Below are positions 29,752 through 38,849 of a DNA stretch of 52,583 nt, in pieces. Below the pieces are notes generated by a model, which saw only the letters and a program-made list of their open reading frames with translations, was not told the DNA's origin and searched no databases. This DNA comes from Aquiluna sp. (GTDB lineage Bacteria; Actinomycetota; Actinomycetes; Actinomycetales; Microbacteriaceae), in the NCBI GenBank assembly GCA_049457355.1, contig JBMUBK010000001.1, positions 1 through 52,583 on the forward strand. The letters run 5' to 3'. A program made the translations under genes and the position numbers. How positions within the stretch are numbered: position 1 is the stretch's first letter; every line of letters begins with the position of its first letter.

Positions 29752-30949
29752 ATTTGACTTGCTTTAGATACCTGGCCAGATAACCAGAGAGAATGAGTGC
29801 CCCTGCCGGATACATAAATGCGATCGGCAGAGTCGTTAGCTCAGAGATAAAGCCGGTAATGGTTGGGCCAATAAAGTAGCCGGCAATTGAGATGACTCCA
29901 ATTCGAGCTATCCCCAGTGACGGTGGAACGCCAGGAATCTCGGCGCTCGCCAGGATGTAGGCGGGGAAGATTGGGCCGATGCCAAGTCCCGCAGCAAAGA
30001 AGCCGGCATTGATCAAGATCATCGCAGCAATCGGATTAGTTGCAGACAGGGGCACAGCGGTGAGGATGCTGATTGCCCAAAAGCCGCCGCCGAAGATACC
30101 GGCGAATAACACGGTCTTGTAGCTACCGTGTATCTCCATTATTCGGTCCGAGGTAAAGCGAGAGATGATCATCGCAAGAGAGAAGGTTGCAAACACCGAG
30201 GCTGTGAAGCCGGGCGCCACTCCCATGTGCTCTGCAAGAAGTATGCCGCCCCAGTCCATCGATGCACCCTCTGCAACAAAGCTGCCCAGCGACCCAATTG
30301 CGAAGGCCCAGAGCAAGATGTATTTGCCCCCAAACCATGGCATCTTTGAGCTTGTGCCCTCCGCTCCCTTGTGATCGTCAAGATCACTCGCAAGCATTTG
30401 CTCTGTGAGGGGTATAAAAATGAAGACCGCTGCAATGCCAAGCACCAAAAGGTTTTGACCTGGTGTTAGGACCCCAACTACTGCTCCGCCAAAAATCGCG
30501 GTGAAAAAGGTGCCTATCGACCAGGCTCCGTGAAGAGAGGCCAGGAATCTCTTCTTGGTTAGCTTCTCAACAATCACTGCTTGAGAGTTAGCGGCAATAT
30601 CCATCGCTGAGTAGCCCAGGCCCATGACAAACAAGCCCGCCATGATTCCCGGCACCGTCATCGTGAGGCCCATGGTGATGACACCAAGAGGCATCACGAA
30701 TTGCGAAATTCTTAGGGTGTTTTTTGACCCCAAGCGATGGACCAACCTACCTGAGTATTGAGCACCCAGCACCGCCCCTACGCTGCTAGCAGCAAGCATT
30801 AGTCCAAACTGGGCATCATTGAGCCCAAGGTCACTCTTGATTTCAGGGATTCTTGGCACCCACGCCATAGAGCTGACGCCCATGACCAAAAACAGCAGAG
30901 CCAATGACCAGCGAGCCCTGGTGGCCTGAATCATGTTTTGCACTTGCAC
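29750..30949 (-). CDS. MFS transporter (YbjJ/FucP-like)
   Basis: About 12 TM segments, with WVPRIPEIK, LHGAWSIG and EGASMDWG motifs. Confidence 0.9.
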   Translation of the reverse strand: MQVQNMIQATRARWSLALLFLVMGVSSMAWVPRIPEIKSDLGLNDAQFGLMLAASSVGAVLGAQYSGRLVHRLGSKNTLRISQFVMPLGVITMGLTMTVPGIMAGLFVMGLGYSAMDIAANSQAVIVEKLTKKRFLASLHGAWSIGTFFTAIFGGAVVGVLTPGQNLLVLGIAAVFIFIPLTEQMLASDLDDHKGAEGTSSKMPWFGGKYILLWAFAIGSLGSFVAEGASMDWGGILLAEHMGVAPGFTASVFATFSLAMIISRFTSDRIMEIHGSYKTVLFAGIFGGGFWAISILTAVPLSATNPIAAMILINAGFFAAGLGIGPIFPAYILASAEIPGVPPSLGIARIGVISIAGYFIGPTITGFISELTTLPIAFMYPAGALILSGYLARYLKQVK

Positions 30950-31024
30950 GCTCCTCGGGCAATCTTATGTTTCAAGGGGCTATGAAAATCTTGTTTTAGC
31001 GACTTCAACTAGGCTTTTCGGCGT

Positions 31025-31576
31025 ATGAAAAAGCTTCTGGCCCTCGCGGTTATAGTGCCGCTGCTGACTGGCTGTGCTTCCGAGGAAGCTCTCCCGGAAG
31101 CTGAATCTCTGCCTGCGGTCAAGAACTTCATTGCAACTGCTGCACCTGAGGCTCCTGATGAGGTGGTTACCTATGCAGATGTCATTCGGGATAGCTACCA
31201 GCTGTTTCTCGAAAACGGTATGACAGAGGAAGTGACCTCTGCCGGTGATCGCTACATCCTCACCTACGAACCAGGCGAGGAGTTCTTAGCTGCTCTTTAC
31301 AACCTCGAGTTTGATGATGTGGTTGGAGTCGAGCAGAAGGAGCTCTTTACTGTCTACTCAGCTTGGGCAATGCTAAGCGAAGAGGCAACGGTGATCGAGG
31401 AGACTGAGCAAGGGTATTCGCTCTCACATCCGGACTACGGAAGCTTCTTAGTTTTTATAGAAGACGGGCTTATTGTCGGCGGTGAGGGTATTGATGCTGG
31501 CTGGACAGGCGAGTTTCGTTATGAGCCCGATCCCGAAGTCTTGGGGAGACTAGACTCGCAAACCGAGGGCGAATAA
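31025..31576 (+). CDS. Hypothetical acidic lipoprotein
   Basis: Signal peptide MKKLLALAVIVPLLTGC (lipobox). Confidence 0.85.
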   Translation: MKKLLALAVIVPLLTGCASEEALPEAESLPAVKNFIATAAPEAPDEVVTYADVIRDSYQLFLENGMTEEVTSAGDRYILTYEPGEEFLAALYNLEFDDVVGVEQKELFTVYSAWAMLSEEATVIEETEQGYSLSHPDYGSFLVFIEDGLIVGGEGIDAGWTGEFRYEPDPEVLGRLDSQTEGE

Positions 31577-31624
31577 CTCTCAATCCCCAAGGAGCTGAAG
31601 CAAATTAGACGGATAATCAGGCGA

Positions 31625-31885
31625 TTGTTTTCGGGTAACCGAACGCATGAGTCGGCACCCGACGTTAACTTCGCGGCTTCTGATGAGGGTGAGTTCCAGG
31701 AGCAAATCAGCTCTTGGAAGGGTTCCCTCAGTCAGGCTGGGGAAAGAGACTTCAATCCCGAGTCCTCCAAGTACTTTTCATCAAGTGCCCTATCGGAGTC
31801 ACGCCGCGTAAGGCTTGATAGGAAGAGGGCTGAGCGAGAATCCAGCGCCAAGTCGCCAAAGCGCAGCCGCAAGACTAGTAAATAG
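31625..31885 (+). CDS. Hypothetical small protein, basic C-terminus (start uncertain)
   Basis: Fills the gap between co-oriented genes; the frame is open upstream to an AAGGAG. Confidence 0.55.
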   Translation: MFSGNRTHESAPDVNFAASDEGEFQEQISSWKGSLSQAGERDFNPESSKYFSSSALSESRRVRLDRKRAERESSAKSPKRSRKTSK

Positions 31886-31912
31886 CCCCAGATTGGGTTA
31901 GCCTTTTCAGCT

Positions 31913-33040
31913 ATGAGCGAGCCAACTAAGAAGGTATTCGGCACGGCCGTTGGTGGTTATAACCGTAGTGAGGTTGACCAATACGTTGCATGGCTCCAGA
32001 AGACTCTTTCAGACTTAGAGAGCTACAACTCTCTTGCCGTTCGAGAGCAGCAAAATCTGCGCGAGAGACTCGTTGAGGTCGAAGAGCAGCTCAAAGCCGC
32101 AAAGTCTCCCGGCTACGCCCAGCTTGGCGCGAAATTTGAAGAAACCCTGCGACTTGCAGAGAGTGAAGCTGCAAAGCTGATCAACGATGCCGGCAAAGAT
32201 GCCCTGAAGACTCGCGAAACGGCGAAGGCTGAAGCCGAAAGAATTCGCTTCGAGGCAGAGGACGAGGTAGCAAAGCTGAGGGCCAAGTCCCAGCGTGAGG
32301 CTAAGTCGTTACTTTCACAGGCCCGAGCCGACGCGGGACAAATTAAGGAAGAGGCTGAGGACGAGCTGCAGCGGGTTCAGGCAGAGCGAGCTCAACTCGA
32401 CAAGGAAGCTGCTGTTGTTCGTTCCGATGCTGACAACTACGTCGCAAGAGTTAAGGCGGAGCTCCAATCAGAGGTCGAGAAGATTCAGACGGAGAACGCT
32501 CGCCTTCTCAAGCGCAACGCGGAAATTGAGTCAGAGATTCGCGAGAAGATCGACCAGGGCGAGAAGCAGGCTCTGGAGATTTTCCGCAGGGTTCAGAAGG
32601 AAGCCGAAGACATGCGCAATGAGGCGGAGCGAGAGCTTCGTGCCGCCACCGCAGAGGCAAGTTCCCTAATCGAAAATGCCGAGCAAACCTTGGAGAATGC
32701 GAGAACGGAAGCTGACAGGCTAGCTGCCGAGTCCGAGTCAATGGCTCTCAACATTATTGCTGATGCTAGATCTCGAGCCGAGAAGCTATCGATGCGTTCC
32801 CTCGAGATAACTCAGGCAGCCATTCAGGACGCCGAGGCCCGTCTCAGCAGGCTCCCCTCACAGCAGAATGCGATTGAAGAGTTCATTGCCGAAACAAAGT
32901 CATTGCTAACTCCTGAGCAAGAGATGGCTATCAGCCGCCGCAAGACAATTGAGGAAAGCCGCAAGCCGTTGGAGCCTGAAGTGGTTGCCGAGGATGTAGA
33001 CGAGGTAGTTGTCGAAGCGGAAGCAGAAGACAAGAACTAG
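31913..33040 (+). CDS. DivIVA-domain coiled-coil protein (FilP/Scy-like)
   Basis: N-terminal FGTAVGGYNRSEVDQYV followed by a long A/E/R-rich coiled coil. Confidence 0.8.
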   Translation: MSEPTKKVFGTAVGGYNRSEVDQYVAWLQKTLSDLESYNSLAVREQQNLRERLVEVEEQLKAAKSPGYAQLGAKFEETLRLAESEAAKLINDAGKDALKTRETAKAEAERIRFEAEDEVAKLRAKSQREAKSLLSQARADAGQIKEEAEDELQRVQAERAQLDKEAAVVRSDADNYVARVKAELQSEVEKIQTENARLLKRNAEIESEIREKIDQGEKQALEIFRRVQKEAEDMRNEAERELRAATAEASSLIENAEQTLENARTEADRLAAESESMALNIIADARSRAEKLSMRSLEITQAAIQDAEARLSRLPSQQNAIEEFIAETKSLLTPEQEMAISRRKTIEESRKPLEPEVVAEDVDEVVVEAEAEDKN

Positions 33041-34428
33041 ATCAAGCTCGAAATCGAGTTCATAGCCCCACCCATCACCGCCGGAATTCCTCCACCCGGG
33101 TGAACCGATGCCCCAACCCGATACAGCCATGGCTTAGTCAGGCTTCGGTAACTTGGGTTGTGAAATGGTCCGGATTGCCAAAGCGGATTCTTAGCTCCAT
33201 AGAGAGCACCACCAAGCGCACCAAACCCCTCAAAGTAATTTGCGTTTAGCACTTTGTAGTCTTCAAACATTTCGTCAATTGGGCGATCTAAGCCGATCAA
33301 ATTTGAGACCCTGTCGAGCTCGTCCCTAACCCAGGGAGTCTCGAGGTCATAGTCAGCGCTGTCGGCAGGGGCAGTTAGCAATACGGCAACTGTTGCCTTC
33401 TTGTTCGAGTAGATGTGTCCCGGCTCGTAGTAGTTGACAAAGCTCATTGTCTGGTTGGGAGCAGTGTTTGACTTCAGCGCCCTATAGAGGTCTGCTGGAT
33501 CGTCTGGCATCACAACCGAGTGAGTGACGGTGCCAGCGGGAAGAGGTTTTTTCAAGGCGGCATAAATCGCAACACCAGAGCAGGAGCGGTTCGGTGCCAT
33601 CTTGGCCGTCTTGCCGGAGATCAGGGCATCGGTCAGTGAGGCGTCTAGCGATGACACCACAACATCAGCGCTGTAGTTGCGCTCTTGGGTCTTGACCGCA
33701 TGTTTGGAAATGGACATCACTCGCTGGCCGAGCAATATTTCCGCTCCCGATTCCTCCGCCAGCTTTGCAAGAAGCTGGGGGACCTCGTTCATTCCGCCCC
33801 TTGGAACAGAGATACCCTGCTCGCTCATGATGGCGGTCATTGAGGCATAGATCGGCAGGGTCTGGTCTGGCGAGACTCCTGCATTGAGCGTGTGGATGGC
33901 AATCAGGTCTTTCAGACCCTCAGGCATCCAGCTCAACGAATTGAGGTAGTTGTTCGTTGAGAGCCTGGTTCCGTAGACATTGAGAAGTTTGCCAAGAGCA
34001 GGAAGAGCTTTTAGGTCCATTGGGGCGGAGGTAAGCAGAGTGGTGATGGGCCCCTCAAGGGCTTTGTGCTCAGCGACAAACTTTTGCCAGGGCTTGTGCC
34101 ACTGATGGCTCTCAGGCACAGGGATATCAATCTGGTCTCCTCGGAAGAAGTACCTTCCAACTTCCGCAAGCCGAATGAACTCTAGATCTTTGGGCAGCTT
34201 GCCACCTAGCTCTTGATACTTTGCCAGGAAGGTTTCCCACACCCCTGGAAAGGTAAAGAGCGACGGGCCTGTGTCAATTACCTGACCGGCGACCTCGATC
34301 CTTCGGCTCTTGCCACCAATCCAGTCCCCCTGTTCCAGAACCGTCACCTTGTGACCCTTCTGGGCGAGTAGGGCGGCCGAGGTGAGGCCTCCTAAGCCAG
34401 CTCCGATGACAACTATGTTTTTAGGCAT
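33037..34428 (-). CDS. Phytoene/carotenoid desaturase family (CrtI/CrtD-like)
   Basis: VIGAGLGGL, DTGPSLFT, PRGGM, GGALYG and VGASVHPGGGIP motifs. Confidence 0.85.
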   Translation of the reverse strand: MPKNIVVIGAGLGGLTSAALLAQKGHKVTVLEQGDWIGGKSRRIEVAGQVIDTGPSLFTFPGVWETFLAKYQELGGKLPKDLEFIRLAEVGRYFFRGDQIDIPVPESHQWHKPWQKFVAEHKALEGPITTLLTSAPMDLKALPALGKLLNVYGTRLSTNNYLNSLSWMPEGLKDLIAIHTLNAGVSPDQTLPIYASMTAIMSEQGISVPRGGMNEVPQLLAKLAEESGAEILLGQRVMSISKHAVKTQERNYSADVVVSSLDASLTDALISGKTAKMAPNRSCSGVAIYAALKKPLPAGTVTHSVVMPDDPADLYRALKSNTAPNQTMSFVNYYEPGHIYSNKKATVAVLLTAPADSADYDLETPWVRDELDRVSNLIGLDRPIDEMFEDYKVLNANYFEGFGALGGALYGAKNPLWQSGPFHNPSYRSLTKPWLYRVGASVHPGGGIPAVMGGAMNSISSLI

Positions 34429-35271
34429 TTATGGATAGACCCCGAAGGTGATTCCAACCACAAGCTGAATCCCTGCCACGGCGCCGGCAACATAGGGAAA
34501 GGCGATTGAGTACTTATAGACATCGTGAGCTTTTTCGGGAGTCGGCTTTTGCCAGACCGAGAGCACAAGGTAGCCGGCGATAAGAAGGTTGGCTATGGCC
34601 AGCGGAATATTCACAAGGCCAAAGAAGACGGTCGAGACCAACCACCAGATACCCGACCAAATAAGAGTCCCCCTCACGCCAAGGTGAACTGCCGTGGTGG
34701 TGATTCCGGTGTCGCTGTCTTGCGGAATATCTTGAATGGCATCGTAGGCGTGCTTGGCAATCGACCATGCCATTAGTCCAATCACTCCTAGCCAGAGCGG
34801 TTCGTGACCAAGAGCCAGCGGGACAAAAGCCAAGGGGAAGGCGTAGTCGGTATTTGAGAAGCTATCTAGATATGGCCTCGCCTTAAACCTCAGCGGGGGA
34901 GCTGAGTAGAAGGTAAAGAACAGGCTGTAGGCAAGCATCCAGGCAACTGCCTGCCATGGCAGAGTCAAGGCAAAGTAAATAAGAAATGGGACATTGGTGA
35001 CTATGACGCCAATCCAGATTGGCTTTACCTCGTTGGGGTAGATATGGGCACCCTCATAGGAGCCCTTACGAGCGTTAATGTTGTCTGTCTCTTGGTCAAA
35101 GATGTCGTTGATTCCATAGATCAAGAGGTTGAAGGGGAAGGTCACCCAGATAAGGATTGGCAGGATCTCCCAGTTCCAGATGTAACCGGCGAGCCACATG
35201 CCCATGACGGTTGTACCAATGGTGTTGACCCAGAGAACGGGCCTAGAAATTTGAATTAGTCGCCAGAGCAC
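34429..35271 (-). CDS. UbiA-family prenyltransferase, lycopene elongase (CrtEb/LyeJ)-like
   Basis: SRPVLWVNT, NLLIYGINDIFDQETD..NARK, YSAPPLRFKARP.LDS and AIQDI..D motifs. Confidence 0.85.
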   Translation of the reverse strand: MLWRLIQISRPVLWVNTIGTTVMGMWLAGYIWNWEILPILIWVTFPFNLLIYGINDIFDQETDNINARKGSYEGAHIYPNEVKPIWIGVIVTNVPFLIYFALTLPWQAVAWMLAYSLFFTFYSAPPLRFKARPYLDSFSNTDYAFPLAFVPLALGHEPLWLGVIGLMAWSIAKHAYDAIQDIPQDSDTGITTTAVHLGVRGTLIWSGIWWLVSTVFFGLVNIPLAIANLLIAGYLVLSVWQKPTPEKAHDVYKYSIAFPYVAGAVAGIQLVVGITFGVYP

Positions 35272-35412
35272 CCATTCAGCCTAAGCCCTCGCAACCAAAT
35301 GCACTTTTTGCACGAATGTGCAAGTGACGCGGCCCGCTCTTACAAGTTAGGAGGCGAAGAACAGACCAATGAACCGGCTTGTAGTTCTGTCTAGACCCCC
35401 TAGACTATTTGC

Positions 35413-36459
35413 ATGACTGAAATTCACTTTGGACTAGATACCTTCGGCGACATTTCACTAGACGACACCGGACAGCTAAAGAGTGCGGGTCAGGTGATCA
35501 GGGACGTGGTCGCCGAGGCCGTCCACGCTGAGCAGCTTGGCTTTGACAGCTTCAACGTGGGTGAGCATCACAGGGATGATTACGCAGTCAGCGCCCCTGA
35601 CACAGTGCTAGCCGGAATCGCAACCGTCACCAATCGCATCAAGATAGGCACGGGCGTCACAGTTTTGTCCTCCGAGGATCCAGTAAGGGTCTACCAGCGC
35701 TTCGCCACCATCGATGCCCTATCAAACGGCCGTGCTGAGATCACGGCCGGTCGAGGATCGTTCACCGAATCTTTTCCTCTCTTTGGCTTCAACCTAAGCG
35801 AATACCACGTGCTGTTCGAAGAGAAGCTGGAGCTTCTGGTTGAGCTGCTCAAAGAGAATGCCGTTACTTGGCAGGGGACAAAGAGAGCTGGACTTTCAAA
35901 CCAGGAGGTCTACCCAAAGACTGAGCGTGGCGCTATTCCGCTGAGGGTTGGTGTTGGTGGATCGCCTGAGTCGGTGTTGAGGGCTGCGAGGCTCGGAATA
36001 CCAATGGCCCTCGCAATCATTGGCGGGGATCCAGCAAGATTTGCTCCTTTTGCGAATCTATACAGAGAGTCTTTGGCAAAGCTGGGCAAGGAGCAGCTAC
36101 CTATTTCAATTCACTCGCCCGGCCACATCGCAGAGACCGATGAGCAGGCCATCGAAGAGCAGTGGCCACACTACGAGACAGCTTTTGGGCGAATTGGCAG
36201 AGAGCGAGGCTGGGGACCAACGACGAAGATGCACTTTATCTCCGAGGTCAACGGCGGTTCGCTCTACGTTGGATCACCCGAGACGGTGGCCAGAAAAATT
36301 GCTTATGCGGTGACCGCATTGGGGGCGACGAGGTTTGATTTCAAGTATGCCAATGGTCCAATGCCACACAGCAAACTCATGAAGTCTCTGGAGCTATATG
36401 CAACCCAAGTAATTCCTCGCGTTAGGGAGCTTGTAGCCCAGGAGAAAGCGGCCGTTTAG
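35413..36459 (+). CDS. LLM-class (luciferase-like) flavin-dependent oxidoreductase
   Basis: GEHHR, VLSSEDPVRV, GRGSFTESF and VGSPETV motifs. Confidence 0.93.
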   Translation: MTEIHFGLDTFGDISLDDTGQLKSAGQVIRDVVAEAVHAEQLGFDSFNVGEHHRDDYAVSAPDTVLAGIATVTNRIKIGTGVTVLSSEDPVRVYQRFATIDALSNGRAEITAGRGSFTESFPLFGFNLSEYHVLFEEKLELLVELLKENAVTWQGTKRAGLSNQEVYPKTERGAIPLRVGVGGSPESVLRAARLGIPMALAIIGGDPARFAPFANLYRESLAKLGKEQLPISIHSPGHIAETDEQAIEEQWPHYETAFGRIGRERGWGPTTKMHFISEVNGGSLYVGSPETVARKIAYAVTALGATRFDFKYANGPMPHSKLMKSLELYATQVIPRVRELVAQEKAAV

Positions 36460-36603
36460 GTCCTAGATTTTTTGACTGGAACTTTTTCGAAATGTTCGGG
36501 CTTGTTCTTTATTGTTCGTTTGTGATTATTTTGTTATGAAATCAGCGACCTGACCCCTAATTGGGGGATTAGTCTTTTCCCAAGAGTCCAATTAGGAGGT
36601 TCA

Positions 36604-37899
36604 ATGCTGAACAAAATCTCGAACCACGAAGTTGACCGTCGCCTAGTTCTTAAGGGTGCGGCAGCTGGTGGTCTCGGTATCGCTGGTGCCACAATGCTTG
36701 CCGGATGTGCAAGTGATGTTGGCCCTCTTTCCTTCGGTGTTCGCACCGTTGACGAATCACCCGTCCGTCAGGCCGAGGCGCTAGTAGCCGCTTACGTCGC
36801 AAAGACCGGCAATGAGGTGACACCTAACTTCACTGAGTCGAACGCTTTCCAGAACAACCTTTCGCAGTACCTGCAGGGAACTCCGGACGACGCCTTCCAG
36901 TGGATGGCTGGCTACCGTATGCAGTTCTTTGCGCAGCAAGGCCTGCTTGTTGACATCTCAGATGTTTGGGACGAGATTGGTGACCAGTACTCGGAGAGCT
37001 ACAAGATCGCCTCAACCGGTCTTGACGGCAACCAGTACTTCATTCCACAGAGCTGGTACCCATGGGGTCTTCACTTCCGCAAGTCCATGATGGCCGAGAT
37101 CGGCCTCAACCCCGAGGACATCTACAACTGGGACGACATGATGGGTGCTCTTGAGGAGCTCAAGGGTCAGGGCCTCATTGGTCTAGCCTCCGCCGACAAG
37201 GGTGGCTGGGAAGCAATGGGTACCTTCGACATCCTGAACGCCCGTATCAACGGATACCAGTTCCACGTTGACCTTCTAGGTGGACGCGAGAAGTGGACCG
37301 ACGACAGAGTCAAGGAAGTTTTCCGTCACTGGGAGATGCTGCTTCCTTACATGAACACCAACGTTCTTGACCTCGAGTGGGATGGCGCAATGCAGCTTCT
37401 GTTGCAGCGTCAGGCCGGGTTCTTCATGAACGGTTCATGGTTCGGCGCTAACTTCCTCGAGCAGAGCCAGGAAGACTACGACGACCTATGGATCGTTCCA
37501 TTCCCTGAAATCAACCCAGACCACGGACGCGACACCATTGACGCTCCTATCGATGGCCTCTGTGTTGCAGCTAACGGCTCAAACCCTGATGGTGGTAAGG
37601 ACTTCCTGAAGTTCGCCGCAGACATCGAGGGCGTCCAGGCAATCATTGACGTAGGTATTCCTTACACCAGCGCCAACAGCCTGCAGGACACCAGTGCTTA
37701 CGACGCATTCCAGCAGCAGCAGCTTGCTGTCATGGGAGAGGCTAAGTACATCACTCAGTTCCTAGACCGCGACACCCGCCCTGACTTCGCTGGCCCAGTT
37801 GTTGGACCTTCGTTCCAGGAGTGGTTCCGCGACCCATCAAGCGTTGACTCAATTCTTGAGTCCATGCAGTCACAGTGGGACGCACTACCTCCGCTATAA
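36604..37899 (+). CDS. Tat-exported sugar ABC substrate-binding lipoprotein
   Basis: Twin-arginine DRRLVLK, lipobox LAGC and CUT1 SBP motifs; AGGAGG RBS. Confidence 0.9.
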   Translation: MLNKISNHEVDRRLVLKGAAAGGLGIAGATMLAGCASDVGPLSFGVRTVDESPVRQAEALVAAYVAKTGNEVTPNFTESNAFQNNLSQYLQGTPDDAFQWMAGYRMQFFAQQGLLVDISDVWDEIGDQYSESYKIASTGLDGNQYFIPQSWYPWGLHFRKSMMAEIGLNPEDIYNWDDMMGALEELKGQGLIGLASADKGGWEAMGTFDILNARINGYQFHVDLLGGREKWTDDRVKEVFRHWEMLLPYMNTNVLDLEWDGAMQLLLQRQAGFFMNGSWFGANFLEQSQEDYDDLWIVPFPEINPDHGRDTIDAPIDGLCVAANGSNPDGGKDFLKFAADIEGVQAIIDVGIPYTSANSLQDTSAYDAFQQQQLAVMGEAKYITQFLDRDTRPDFAGPVVGPSFQEWFRDPSSVDSILESMQSQWDALPPL

Positions 37900-37925
37900 G
37901 CAGAGGATAGCTAGCAACAGAGAGT

Positions 37926-38849
37926 ATGTCAGTAGAGACGGCGGCGCCGAGCGGGAAACAAGTTGCTCGGCGCCGCCGCTTCTTTACGCGGCAGGACAAA
38001 ATAACACTCGGGTTCTTCATCGGAATCCCGACCTTTCTTCACATCGCGCTGGTGTGGTTCCCGGCGATCGCAACCATCGGACTCTCTTTTACCTATTGGA
38101 CGGGTATCAGATTCGAGGACATCCAGTGGGCGGGAACAGCAAACTACGAGAACATCTTCTTCAACACCCCTATTTTTTGGGATGCGGTTCGCAACAACAC
38201 AATCTGGATTCTTTGGTTTTTCTTCATAGCAACTCCGCTGGGCGTATTGCTCGCTTATCAAATTGACAGAGAGATTCGAGGCCACAAGCTTTATCAATCG
38301 GCTTACTTTCTGCCAGTTGTTTTGTCGTTGGCAGTAACCGGAATTATCTGGAACTTCTTGCTTCGTCCAGACGGATTCGTAAATGGTCTTCTAGGCCTCC
38401 CAATCTCAGAGGCAATCTCCTTCTTTGGCGATGAACGTTACAACATCTGGGTAATCATGATCATGGCCTCATGGCGCCACATTGGCTACATCATGCTGCT
38501 CTATTTGGCAGGCTTGAAGGCGGTCGACGGAGCCCTTCGTGAGGCCGCAACAATCGATGGCGCTACGGAGTGGCAGACCTTCCGCAAGGTCGTTTTCCCG
38601 GCAATGAAGCCAGTGAACATCATCGTCATCGTGATCACAATTATCGAATCCCTCAGGGCCTTCGATATGGTTTACATCATTTACGGTTCCTCCGGAGGAC
38701 TTCCGATCCTTGGTGTTTTGGTATTCAACAACATCGCTGGTGAGGGAGCATCCATGAAGGGTGCGGCCTATGCCGTCATTCTCTTCTTGCTCTCGATCGT
38801 GCCGATTATCACCTATCTGCAGCAGCAGTTTAAGGATGATGTCCGATGA
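37926..38849 (+). CDS. Sugar ABC permease
   Basis: FLPVVLS, WRHIGY and EAATIDGA motifs. Confidence 0.93.
   Translation: MSVETAAPSGKQVARRRRFFTRQDKITLGFFIGIPTFLHIALVWFPAIATIGLSFTYWTGIRFEDIQWAGTANYENIFFNTPIFWDAVRNNTIWILWFFFIATPLGVLLAYQIDREIRGHKLYQSAYFLPVVLSLAVTGIIWNFLLRPDGFVNGLLGLPISEAISFFGDERYNIWVIMIMASWRHIGYIMLLYLAGLKAVDGALREAATIDGATEWQTFRKVVFPAMKPVNIIVIVITIIESLRAFDMVYIIYGSSGGLPILGVLVFNNIAGEGASMKGAAYAVILFLLSIVPIITYLQQQFKDDVR

Noticed and set aside
35349-35416. 15-codon uORF (MNRLVVLSRPPRLFA) overlapping the LLM start at ATGA
   Set aside because: The AGGAGG is 14 nt from the ATG, and the LLM gene has its own leaderless TAGACT promoter, so this is probably chance.
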